A stretch of 64,000 nucleotides of DNA from Xylographa opegraphella (taxonomy: Eukaryota). The position numbers were made by a program, and so were the translations under genes. Positions 1 through 11,951 of this stretch are shown here, piece after piece. The stretch spans positions 62,001-126,000 of the forward strand of contig JALDZX010000041.1 of NCBI GenBank assembly GCA_022813865.1. The letters run 5' to 3'. A model generated the notes under the pieces. That model ran no database searches and was not told where the DNA came from. It saw nothing but the letters and a program-made list of their open reading frames with translations. Position 1 is the stretch's first letter; each line of letters opens with the position of its first letter.

Positions 1-1735
1 GTTCAATTCTACCAGAGCGGAGATCTAGGGACAGTTTGGAACAAACTTAGAGTTGAAGGTGTATCGGACTTTGCTGTATCGCCCGGAGAAAACCATTCGA
101 TTGCGGTCTTCGTTCCAGAGCGCAAGGTATGACCGTCAGGGTTGTTTGTTTTGAGTTTATTGATCTGAAGATTATTACTAGGGTCAACCAGCCGCGGTCA
201 AAGTTTTCAATGTCCCGAACTTCAACGCCCCAGTCTCACAGAAAAACTTCTTTAAGGGTGATAAAGTGCAGTTGAAATGGAATGACCAGGGAACTAGCCT
301 CATTGTGCTGGCACAAACCGAGGTCGACAAGTCCGGAAAAAGTTACTATGGCGAGACTACTCTTTATCTGTTGAGTGCCAACGGAGGATTTGACTCGAGA
401 ATTGACTTAGGTATTGACAATAATATAAAGGAGAGGTATATATCGAACTAACAATCTGTAGACAAGGATGGTCCCATACATGATGTTACGTGGTCTTCGA
501 ATTCCAAAGAGTTTGGAGTTGTATATGGATATATGCCCGCAAAAACGACGATATTTAATACACGCGCGGAACCTACCCACAGTTTTGCGCTTGGTCCACG
601 CAATACCATCCTATTCTCACCTCATGGCCGTTTTGTGCTTGTGGCTGGCTTTGGTAATCTTGCTGGACAAATGGACATCTATGATCTAAGTAAAGATTAT
701 CTCAAAATTTGCACTATCGAGGCTAGTAATGCTAGTGTATGCGAGTGGAGTCCTGATGGAAAGCACATCCTTACGGCGACGACCAGTCCCCGGCTTCGTG
801 TGGACAACGGTGTGAGAATATGGCATGTTGGTGGGGGTCTCATGTATAACGAGGAACTGCAGGAGTTGTATCACGTTACCTGGAGACCACAGTCCGCAAC
901 TATGCATCCACTAGAGAACCCATTTCACCAAATGCCTACGCCGCATGGTTCAGCGTTAGCGTATTTGGGCACTGTCAAGACACCTTCCAAACCTGCCGGA
1001 GCATACCGCCCACCCGGGGCAAGAGGTACGACCACACCGCTTGCTTTCATGCGAGAGGATCAAGGCGGAGCAGCTTATGTAAGCAATGGCAGTCTTTCGC
1101 TCGGAAGTGGCGTGAATGGGTTTGGTAAACCGAGGAGGCGAGAAGTGCCGGGAGCCGAGGCTTCATCTGTAGATACTCCTGGAAATGCAGTGGACGGAGA
1201 CGAAAATTTATCAAAGGCAGCTCAAAAGAACAAGAAGAAGAGGGAGGCGAAGAGGGCGAAGGACGCCTCAGATAGAGCTGCCGGACTCACTCCTTCAGGG
1301 GAGGGCGTTCAACCAGCAGTAGCACCGAGTCCGAGCAGAAGCCCAGAGAGACGTGACAGGCGAGGTCACGAGCGGAACAGATCACGAAATGACAGTGATT
1401 TACGACCCCGATCTCAGCAAGGCCGACGCGGACATAGCCAGCGCCGTGATGGCCCACCACGAGGTTTCAATAATCCAAATGGCACGAACGGTACACACGT
1501 TGATACCTCACATCGTCCGTCTCCTTCCATGGCACCCGATCTCACCGTCACTTCTCCTGGAGGAGGCACACCTCAGGAAAAGAAGATTCGTGCGCTTACG
1601 AAGAAACTTCGCGCCATCGACGATTTGAAAATGAGGCGGGCGGGAGGGGAGATCCTTGAAGGCACACAAATAAAGAAAATGGAGACCGAGGATAGCGTGC
1701 GGAGAGAGCTCGAAGGTCTTGGGTATGTCGAATAG
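1..1735 (+). CDS. eIF2A: Eukaryotic translation initiation factor 2A (5' end outside window); introns 127-181 and 411-461
   Basis: Spliced translation gives KNFFKGDKVQLKWN, TEVDKSGKSYYGET, DKDGPIHDVTWS, GFGNLAG, ATTSPRLRVDNG and C-terminal EKKIRALTKKLRAIDDLK; GT..AG introns restore the frame. Confidence 0.95.
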
Positions 1736-2356
1736 GTTTTGCTATCAACGATTGACAATATCTTGCCAGAAAGCATATGACCTCACGGTGTGGATTCGTA
1801 CCAATGTGCTCTGCCTACTCAAGTCAGTAATCGACGAGATGTTGGAAAGGTACACTTGGTTTCTTGTGTATACTGACCATCATAGACTAGACTAGACTAA
1901 AAGCTTCAATGCCTCTACAAGCGCGTATCATGGGAGACTGCCGTTTATTGAATTCAACAAGAATTGATTGCATCACTTCATCAGCTGGTACTCAGGATAA
2001 ACCACGGGCCGAATGTAAGGTGAGGGCTACACGAACAAAGGCATTGTGATTTACTTCGGAGTCTTCCATGAAAGGGTGTCTTTATTCCTTGTTCGTCAAC
2101 AAGAGGCTTGACCACCGACGTGCTTTATTCCTCCAAGAGCAGAACCACTCCATTGTACGTTCCGCCTTGTTTACCATTGTTCTCGACATCCAATCATTTG
2201 ACTACAGAATCGCCCCTGTCTATATAGCTCGGGCTTCAAGTCCCCCGCGCGCAAACCAACCATGCATCCGCAGCGGACCCCTTTCCCTTCAATCATCGTT
2301 CAACCCCATCGATGCTGGACGTCGACAGAATCACAGTGAACCAACCTCCTTTAACC

Positions 2357-2683
2357 ATGTGCCTCGCAGTAACCATCTGCCGCTCGTGCGGCGCCATCCT
2401 CTCCATCACACACGTCTTCTGCCACGAGCCCTGGTGGTGTAATCACTCGCTCACCGACGAGCGCTACTGCACATGGGTGACGTGCTCGACCTGCAGTCTG
2501 AAACAGGCGCTGCAATGTTCGCCACGACGGCCTGGGATGGGCCGCCGCCGGCGGAGCGCGATCCGCCGCGCGTGGGTTAGGTTTGTGGGATGGTTCTTCC
2601 CATCGAGATTGGCTGCTTCTGAAAGGGAAGAGGGTGCCGGTCGGTGGCGGGGACTTGGGATGTTCTGGCCGAGAAGGCGGTAG
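2357..2683 (+). CDS. Small Cys/His-rich hypothetical protein (~108 aa)
   Basis: accATG context, TATATA at ~2220, CRSC / C-H / CSTC motifs, basic C-terminus; family not recognised. Confidence 0.35.
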   Translation: MCLAVTICRSCGAILSITHVFCHEPWWCNHSLTDERYCTWVTCSTCSLKQALQCSPRRPGMGRRRRSAIRRAWVRFVGWFFPSRLAASEREEGAGRWRGLGMFWPRRR

Positions 2684-3726
2684 GGTGTGCGAAGTTGCTC
2701 GAGATGTGGAACAGAGATGTCGGCACGTATTTCGTAGGGGCTTTTGAATTTCCACGCACGATTGTGCAAAAGCTGGAGTCCTTGGGCTCGTGTTCAATCG
2801 GCCTGACTGCTTCTTGCAAGAGTCACAGATCGAGGATGCGGTTTGGTCGCCTAAAGTGGATGACATGCAATGCTTACACTCTGTACTGACAACCTGACCC
2901 TGATGTGCGTGATCAGTATATGTAATCGAAATCGTATCTGGGACTCTGTGCGTGTTGCCGCGAAACAGCACTTGATCAGGTTTGTGTCTTCGCAGGTACA
3001 GCAACGTTTCAAACTTTATTGTTGCTCACTACCTCGAGACTGCCAATTCCGAAGCGAGATGGGAGACCCGGACGCTAAAGCGCTTTTAGGGCAAGAATCA
3101 GTAACTTTAAATAGACTTCATCCGGGACGGTTCTACGATGCATGAGAGCGAGAAATAGCCACAGATCTACCTAGGCGTGAAGGAGTACCACCGAGCGCAG
3201 GTACTGTAGCTACCAAACGAAATGCGGGCCATGGATGTGAACATCTCGAACGATAGGATAGAAACAAGGAGCTTATAATGGTACTGCCTCTTTCTTATAG
3301 CATTTCACACGGTAACCTATGCTTCTTAAATTTCAAAGTCGTTTTAAAATAATAGTTTTTGTTATTTATAACGTCGTTCTATTGAATTCTCTAGACGAGG
3401 TCAGGGGGGTGGCGTGCTTCAAATTTTCGGGTCTTATTTATTCCCGCTCATCCAAGATGTTACAATATGAAGCGCAAACCATAAGCCTGCGCGCTGGTCT
3501 TCCAGACGCCTCCAGCAGAACCACATCTACCCATTCTGAAATCTCGTCATCAAAGACTCTACGGCCGCTTAGGGGGGATCAAGCCCGAGTTGGTCCCACT
3601 TCTGCTTCTGCATAACATTCGTGGCCACCCCTAATCTGACTGGTGCCGGATCCTAGGGCGTGGAGTTCGCCGGCGCAGGATTTGCCAGTACAGAAACAGC
3701 TGGCGCAAGATCTGCCGGCGTCGAGT

Positions 3727-5084
3727 CTACCGGCCAGATGCAGGATCAGCCTGTGTATGACCCACCAGCTCGCCCGACACATGCTGATAGAACAGCATCG
3801 CACATCCCCCGGCCCAGAAATCCACGATTTTGTCCACATTAGTGGTCCGGAGCGACTTCACCGACCATGAGGGCCGTACGCTAGCGCCGGGTCATAGATC
3901 TTGAGCTGACCGCGTGGGTTGGAGGGATCATCATCGTTCCAGTAGACCCGGTGACCGCTTTCGGAGTTATCGTAGTAGACGCCTCCCAGCCAGCGGTATT
4001 TGACATGCTTTTCGCCCGAGTCCGAAAGGTAGTCGAAGCTGATGCTATCGGCAGTTGAAGCGTGGATGCTGAAGTTATTGGCTGGGGGGACGATGGTGAG
4101 GGTGGTGGGAAGCTCGCCAAGAACCATCAGGCGTTCTTCGATCTCCTGGGGAACGGTACCGTAGCTCGGGCCGCATTGATGGCGTTCCTGCGACGGGTAG
4201 GCCCGGAATTCTCGTAAGAGCATCTGTTGCATCGTTACTGCCTGGTCGACACTACCGCCCCGCGCACTAAGGGCAATGTGTGTACGGATACGGATTTTTT
4301 GTTCTGGGGTTATGGGTCTTGTAAGATTCGTGCCACAGTGGCCGCACATCCTTACAGTTATCGTCGTGAATTGTAGCTGCGGCGAGAAGGAGGTGCAAGA
4401 ATTCCACAGGCTAAAAAACGGTATATTCATACTCCTATCTAGATCTGGATTTTCGTCGAAAAACATCACGGACATGGCGTCTCGGACGATCTTGTTCCGA
4501 TTCAGCGGGCTTTTGTTCCAATTGTTTCCCGTCAGCTCCAGATAGAACATTTCGTGGAAGCGATTGAGCGAAGCAACGAACGACTCCTCTCGAGGAAAGG
4601 TTCCCCTATCCTGCGGGCCCCCCATCCCGAGCAGTAAAGCAACGCCTATGGTGCAGTCCAGAATAGAAGTATTATCGCCAGCTTCCGGACCCTTGCCGCG
4701 GACCGCAAAGCGCTTGCCTTGGAAAATATTGGCCACACAATAGTGCTGAGTCTGTTTCAGAGGCTCCGTACTCCTATCGATCGGTATGTTCCAATCCGAG
4801 GGTTTCTGACGGCCGTTAAAGTCCGCATCGCCTCTTACATACACGTTCGTATCGTAATCACCTGCGGTCTGGTCTTCGCTCAGAAAGACCATGTTATCTT
4901 CCAGAAGGAGTTCCTTCTTCCGGTTTTCCTCCTCGATCTCGTCCTGCGACTTGTCGGGCGGCGTGAATTGATCCTCGGGCCGCCATGTTTGGTGTAAAAC
5001 AGCACGGAGATTGCTTCGGGCAATACTTCGAAAGAACTCATTGTTCGTGTCCGGATATTGCGCCTGATTTAATGAAATCGGCAA
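3727..5084 (-). pseudogene. USP/peptidase C19-fold-like hypothetical protein with Ser at the Cys-box position; 3' end broken by two apparent +1 indels near 3850-3875
   Basis: 408-aa ORF with GDNTSILDC (Cys-box-like), CGHC...HQC Zn ligands, YRWLGGVYY...GHRVYW...IYD (His-box-like); a shifted frame continues DKIVDFWAGGCAMLFYQH, resembling the USP terminal AYxLFY motif. Confidence 0.5.
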
Positions 5085-5644
5085 AGATTTTCTCTCCCCG
5101 ATTTGTCACACACGCGCATGTGAAGTAGACGGCGCACAGACAGGGCAAGTAGTCAACTTCGTAGCAAACAAAGAAAGGGCGCACCAGAGTCGAGAAGGCC
5201 GGGAGCAGCAGATTGCCCAACGCGACTAACGTAGACAAAGAACCTAACATTAAAAACATGCATTACCGAGTCAAAAACAAAGCAAGATATCTATATCATT
5301 GACAGACCTACAATCGACGGGCACCTCCAACCAAATCACTGACAAGGCCGAAACAATAACCTTCTATAATACTGCGGTGGACCCACACCCGACGTCTGCA
5401 CTCCAGCCCGTCAGAAGTCGTCGTGCAAACGCGCAGCCCAGCAGCCCAAACGATCCGGGACGCTGTCTACAGGTACCAACATCGTTCCTGGCCCGCCAAA
5501 CGCAGAGTCGTCCTGCGCGTGAGCAAGGCCCCACAACACCATACCTCCTAGACTCCAACGGGAGCTCCACATTCATTCCCTCCAACCCGCAAGCCCACAA
5601 CCGCGCGACCCTCACAGCCCGTTCTGGGCCGAGGTGGGTGTATC

Positions 5645-5863
5645 GTGGTTAGGTGTACGGGCCGGGAAGGATGGGATGGGACGGGATGCAAGGGAGTGGT
5701 GGGATTTAAGATGCGGGCCGGAGCGAGGTGGAAGGTAAAGGTGATATGCCCAAACACACATCAACAAACCCCATCCACCACTGCCACGCGGGCTGCCCAC
5801 ACGACGGACCACGAGTGCTCGACCTGCAAAGGCACAGGACTGCAAGCGTGCAAGGCCCAGTGA
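5645..5863 (+). CDS. Possible last exon of a small Zn-binding protein (CxxCxGxG motif)
   Basis: Translation includes GTGCKG and HECSTCKGTG; start and exon structure unresolved. Confidence 0.25.
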   Translation: MVRCTGREGWDGTGCKGVVGFKMRAGARWKVKVICPNTHQQTPSTTATRAAHTTDHECSTCKGTGLQACKAQ

Positions 5864-6412
5864 GCTAAGTGCGGAAGGCTGGAGTGGTGCGGGAGGAGGT
5901 ATGTGGCGGGAGACATCTCGAGAGGATAGGGAGCCACTGGGCGAATGGGAGATGCTGTCGTGCGGGTGTGGGCTACGCTCAGTCCAGGATGGGGGGGGGC
6001 GGGAATTGAATGCGGATTTGAGAGGATGGGAAGTAAACAGGTCGATGAATGCGCATGGGAAACGCTTTATAAATGACTATGACGAGAAGGTCGGATTGAT
6101 ACTGCAGTAACACGTACACGGGCGAAGAAATCGACAACGTGAGTAGGAAAGTCTGCACCTGATCACGAAAAAAGCTATCAAAAACCGAGCGAGCGATAGG
6201 ACCCATCCCTCCACCTCAGCAATCGCCGAACCCCATCCGTCCGCTAAAGAGCCTCGTCCGAAAAAAACAGCACACACCTGGCAGTCTTGTAAAGTGACAA
6301 ACATGTTGAAGGTCCAAAAACAAATCAATGATAATCCCAGCAACACCCACCCACTTCCCCCAAACATAGGGAATATACTCGGTTTCTCGATCCGCAAATA
6401 GCAATCTGAATC

Positions 6413-9400
6413 TCAGTTTCTCTCCTTGTAGGCGCTCCGCTCCTCCTCGATCATGTCCATCGCGACCTCCAAGTTCCCGTTCGCCGCCTGCGCGTACACG
6501 ACCAAGCGCGCTGCGCCACCATCCTCCTCCCTTCCGAAGCCGAGGTCTTTCAACTGACCGACACAAAACTGCACAGAGCTCACGGTGGATGCGTCAAAAT
6601 GGAGTGGGGTGGATGTTCCGTCACGGGCGATGGTGTATTCGGGTGGTCGGTCCGTTCGAGCGCCGACCGGACTTGGGAACGCCTCGGTTTGTGGTGGAGC
6701 ACCGACGTTTCGTTGCACGCTTTCCTTTTCATGTCCGTCGTCAATGCTTTGAGCGAGAAGTTGATCGTGCTTATCTTGCGCTCTCGCGATGCGATTTCCA
6801 AGGAAGGAGTCCCACTCCACTCGACCATTTCCGTCAAAGTATGCGGAATAAGGCCTTCTGTTCGCTCCCGCGTATCTGTCCGGCAAGCCAATAACGGTGG
6901 CGCTTCGACGGACGCCCTCAATGAGCTGATGGCGGTGGATGGTGGCAGTTTCTGCCACAGGATCAAAGGGCTTGATGAGACGAGCGTCGAGAGGCGCAGG
7001 GTTACCGTGGGTGTTCGCGCCGGGTTGCTCAGAAGGCTCATCAAGACCAGTCATCCGGCGAAAGAAATCCCCCGAAGACTCGTTCATGCTTTCCCGCTGC
7101 TGCACCCATTCTTTCTTGTATGTTGCTGGCTTCTGGTCGGCACGCGATCCAACTTCTTGAGACTTCCTGAGATCCGCTTCCACACCCCTTTTATCCGCAT
7201 TTACACGGACCGGAATGAGTGGCTCCATGCTTGGAAGCGGTGGGAACTGTAGCACACTACGCCGATTGCTGTCCTCAAACTGCTCTAAGGTCGGAAACCT
7301 TGTTGCGACCAGTGGCGAGCTTGGTACGGCGCAGCTTACGGGTGCCTTTGTCGTAGTCAGACCGGCCAAAGTATCTAATTGTGCTCTCTTGCGGTCATTG
7401 AAGGATTTGTTTAATGTACCAAATAGTCCAGATCTTGCATCCGCGTCCCTTGGGGTTGATAAATCAAGTGGCGGAGGCGGTTTGCGTATAGCACTAAGAC
7501 TCTTCGAATGGCGCAATGTCGTTGCCTCTACCAGTCGCTTTTTGTCCCCTTCGGAGTGGACATGTGGCGGATATACCGATGTAGCTCCGAATCTCACGTG
7601 GGCTGCTTTGTTGCTGGGTCGTTGTTGAGGAAGCGGTTGATAAACCGGGGATACCGGGGTGCGAACAATTGCACCATTCCGTTCGACGTTGGGTCGTCCA
7701 GGGGCAGACCCGAGATGATGACGTCGGATTGGGAGGTTACTATGAAGCCCCGATCGTTGTACCTTTGGGTGAAGGATTTCAGATCGCTGTGGGACCGGCA
7801 TCTCGCGAGCTATACTTGCACCTGGAGACCTACTGCGTGGTCGGCTTTCTCGACGATGCTCTATCTCAGGCATTGACCTTCGCTTGTACTGCAGTGAGGG
7901 CGGTGATAGTCGATTCACAAGTCCAGATGGCAATGCTAAATTCTGGACTAGGCACTGGGGGCGACCTCGAGCAGTACCCATGGAAGCGGACGGTATTTGA
8001 CTCGGTATATAACGATATGTAATGGGTGACTCAGTGCGATGTCGTGTGGTATTTTGACCAACATAGACATCTTTGGAGTCCTCATATCCTGCAGCTTGAT
8101 TGTTCCGCAAACTTGCTGAGGGTCCTACTTTCCCAACTTGAATAGGAGCTTCGATCGTCTCACTGGGAGAAGCGTTACGTGGCACTGTGGTCTTGGCGTT
8201 GTTCTCTTCATTGAAGCCTGTGACCGCTTTCAAGGACATGTTGACCGTTTGACTCGCCTTGTGTTCTCCATGTCCTTCCCTAACGACTTGGTGAAGCGAG
8301 GAGGAATTCGCTTCATCACTATCGGAAGAGGCTTTTGAGTCCTCAATCATTCGCAAGCGCTGGCTGAATGTGTCGAAAGCGTGTGTCATTGCTTGAAGAC
8401 TTCGAATAGCAGTGGGCAGCGGAGGTTGGATTTGGAGTGTTACAGGGGATGATTTCTTGTCATCCACAGATGGTTCGACTGCGAGCGCTTCCAGAGCAGC
8501 ATCGATGCTAGACTTGAAGTCAGAGCAGGCATTACGAAGATGATACTTGATCGGAGTCGCGCGTGGACGAATCATGTGTGTTGGTATCACATCGAGGACG
8601 TGATTCTGAAGTTGGGCGCTGAGCGTTTCGACGTTGCTTCCAATCGAAGCAATCGTCTGTAAAAGAAGATTACGAGTAAATGCCTCGAGCTCAGGTCCGG
8701 ATGCGTTTGGACGGATTTGAGGCTGTTCTTGAACAACCGTCTTTTCTGGAGACGTATCACTTTTCCGCGTAAAACTGTTCTCAACGGACTCGTCGTGTTT
8801 GGCGTTCGTTATCTTGGCTAATTCGGCACGAAAGGCATGCAGTAGAGATCCTTCTGTGTCACTCACCGACTGAGTGTGCGCCATGGGGGACACGAGGAGT
8901 GGACTAGCCGGCTGAGCCAATTCAGGCGTCGGAGTGGTTGAAGAAGGAACAGTCTTAGCCGTGTTAACGGACTCTTTGCTTCCGTATTGAGCCCATCGGT
9001 TGGCATTCATCTGCTGTGAGCCGTGTCCGCCAGTCCAGTTCATTCGGAAAGCAGGATTGCTCCGCATTCGAAGTCTTATACCGGCCTCCATTGCCTAGCA
9101 TTTGTGGTTAGCCTAACTTCGCTGACGACAAGCAACAACCACCAGGGCTCGAAACATGCTGAACCAACCTACCTGACGTCTTCCTTCTGCAGTGAGGGAA
9201 CCTTCGTTGAACGAATCAAGTAACGGTGCGGTCTCTTCGCGAAATGCTTTTGCCTCATTCTCGTTATTCAGGACATCTGACACCCTCATACGAGTGTGTT
9301 GTGCAGGTTTGTCGGGTTCTTCGCTCTTCTCATGAGCGACTTGGGGAGGATTGGTAGCTGTGAAATAGAGAAGTCGTGGATCGTATTGAGAATCCGACGA

Positions 9401-11084
9401 GTAGTACCACTGGTAGGGCCAATACCTAGCAGCGTTATCGTTCGTTGTTGGCGAACTCCACACTTGACCATGAAATGACCTGATTTTGCATTCTTGCTCG
9501 AATCGCACGCAGTTCACACACCGACCGTCGGAAGATGTTGGAGCGACGCGACAACGAATCTACATACCGGTTAGAATTCTAGAATCCAAGGGCCAAGTGC
9601 AACCTACCTTGCGTCTTCGGCAGTATCTGCAAGCTCCAATAACATTCCGCCAGTTTCGTGGAGTTTCGGTTTGGCCATGACGCGGCTTCTTCTTCTGCAG
9701 GAAAGCTTCCTGGCGTTCTTCTGTACTTTCAACCACAGACAGAGGAACTTGTAGGCTCTCACAACTCTCAATTGTAGCCAGTCGTTCAGCAACATTTATC
9801 GTAATTCCTTCAGGTTCAATAATATCCGTGCCGACTAATAAGGGTACAGGCAAATTATTCACCAACCGGGCTCCGCTGTTCAGTCTGGCTGTCTGACCTC
9901 CATTGCAGGGAATGTAAAGATCGAAGAGCGCGTATTTATTGGAGCTCAAAAAAGTCTCTCCAATGCCTTGCACTGACACCGGATCGATTTCTATCAAGCG
10001 GCAGTCCGGAAGACATTTTTGAAGGAAGGAACTGTCGACAAGTGATAGGTCACAGTTAGTATCAAGACATATGTTTGCCAACGCCCCATCCAGCGATAGT
10101 CTTCCTGAGATTGTCACAAGAGAGACATTCCAATCATCGGGACTTGATATCGCTTCCAATTCTTTGAAAAGGCCCTCTTCTTTCTCTTTCTCAGTCTCTT
10201 GTGCCTCCTGCTTTAGCATTATTGCTTCCTCAAACTGTTGCTTATGATTCGAAAATTCGAAGCTTTCCTGGTTCAAGCGGCGACTACGGTTGGCAAAATC
10301 TAGGAGACCTTCTTCAGCTGTTTCAATCTCATCACTCCCTAGGCGAAGCTCATTCACGCCAAGCCGGTCCGAATGCTCCGTGGGGTACTCATCGTTGATC
10401 GTCCCAAGTTGGTTCTGTGCTTCAACATCATCCACCTTTTGCGGCGGACCATTTGTTTGGGGACAAGATGCTTCAGATAGCCTTTGGTAGTCGCACTCTA
10501 GACTCTGAAACGTACGATCTGCAAACTGTGCTTGCTGTATCATGTTATCACTTAGAGGTGTGCTGGAAAGGCTCGTGGCTACGACAGTGGATGGCTGAGG
10601 TTGTTCCGGAGTCACCGGGGCAAGAAATTGTCTGGATCGTTCCTCAATCTCCTGCCAAATCTTAATTGCATCATCTCGACGGTCTATCTCGAAAACGTGG
10701 GTGGGTTGTGACAGTGAGGTGCTTGCATTGCATACACTGGTTGCCCGACCCAGCGCTGTGGATTCATTCAACCTAGGCTTAAAGATCCTGGGAACAGGCT
10801 CATCCAGTCGCTGAGAAAGCTCAAGGCTGGTTCCGACCTTTCGAGCGATCAGACTTGGAGCGTGCTTGGATGAGAGTAACACTCACTGTAACCATTTCCC
10901 CGTCATCCTCATCCAGGTATTTCAGCTTGCTTTCGGGATGCATGAGAATGTTGTATTCGTACTCTGTTCCTCTAACACTGACGAGTGTATCGAGCGATCC
11001 GCGCCTGCTTGCCGCCGCATACGAAGCACGGTTCGGTGGGGATGTTGAACGTCGTAGGTTGCGGATGCGAAAAGGACCGAGCAT
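6413..11084 (-). CDS. Chimeric ~1498-aa protein: PB1-like domain + retropepsin-like domain + Zn(II)2Cys6 cluster + long low-complexity region + UBA-like C-terminus; exons 11084-10887, 10837-9608, 9559-9173, 9094-6413
   Basis: Three canonical introns (49, 48, 78 bp) join four ORFs in frame. Motifs: LKYLDEDDGEMVTVGTSLEL; ICLDTNCDLSLVD...LLVGTDII; ACRYCRRRKIRC-x8-RCVNCVRFEQEC; QLKDLGFG...AANGNLEVAMDMIEEER. Confidence 0.8.
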
Positions 11085-11951
11085 CTTATCTTCAGGAAAC
11101 CAAACTGCTGATACTTTGACACAGCACAAGATGTTTGCAGGTAGACAGAGAAGATCGATCGAGTGTCACGATCTGAAGTGAGGCTTAAGGAGTGAAGAGA
11201 AGAGCAAGGCGAGGCTGTCGTAAGCGTGTACGCGGCTTAGCGCAAGCCGATGCTATCAAAATGCTTTGACCATCTACCAAGAAGGTGAGTGCCGAGAATC
11301 AGGATAGGTACCCCAAGGGCCTAGTAACTACAGGTAGGGAGATGTTCGAATGGGATAGATACGCCTAGATTCTCAGTCGGGTTGAAGACGTGGAATGTGC
11401 CTGTTAGGCAGCTAGAAGGCTCGGGCGGGGGTGGTTGCCTGTGCCAAGACTTTTGAGCTCTCACAAACCGTGTACCGATGCCTCGATCAGGCTTAGGGTA
11501 GACTAGAGGTATTTTATCTCAAACACCGTGATAGAGCTTACTCGTTCCGGACAGCGATGTTCGGTCTCAACCACACCGGTAAGTACCACAGTAACCTATC
11601 GTCGCCGGACAGTTCATTCCCATCTGTTACCATCACGACCTGTGACGGTAAATGTATTGGGGAATGGGACACGGGAAATGGCAAGGGTTCACGAGATACG
11701 CTTGAAGACTCCCGTGATACTGACAGAATGTGAGTTCTGTCCAAAGTGACTATCAGATTCAGTGGATGCCGTTGTGAAACAACGCAAACTTCGTATAAGA
11801 GATAGACGTTATTTACATAATGACCGCCCGGCAATGCTCTAGCATTGTCTAAGGTATCCAACCGGCACTATGCAAACAGATCGTTTCCGCATTTCTAAGT
11901 CTTCTACTGGTAAACGCAAGATTCGTGATGCGCTTGGCCATGCCAGTGACA

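Noticed and set aside
9760..10125. Intact or decayed LTR retrotransposon
   Set aside because: Only the protease-like domain is present, in frame within a host exon; no gag, RT, RNase H, integrase or LTRs.
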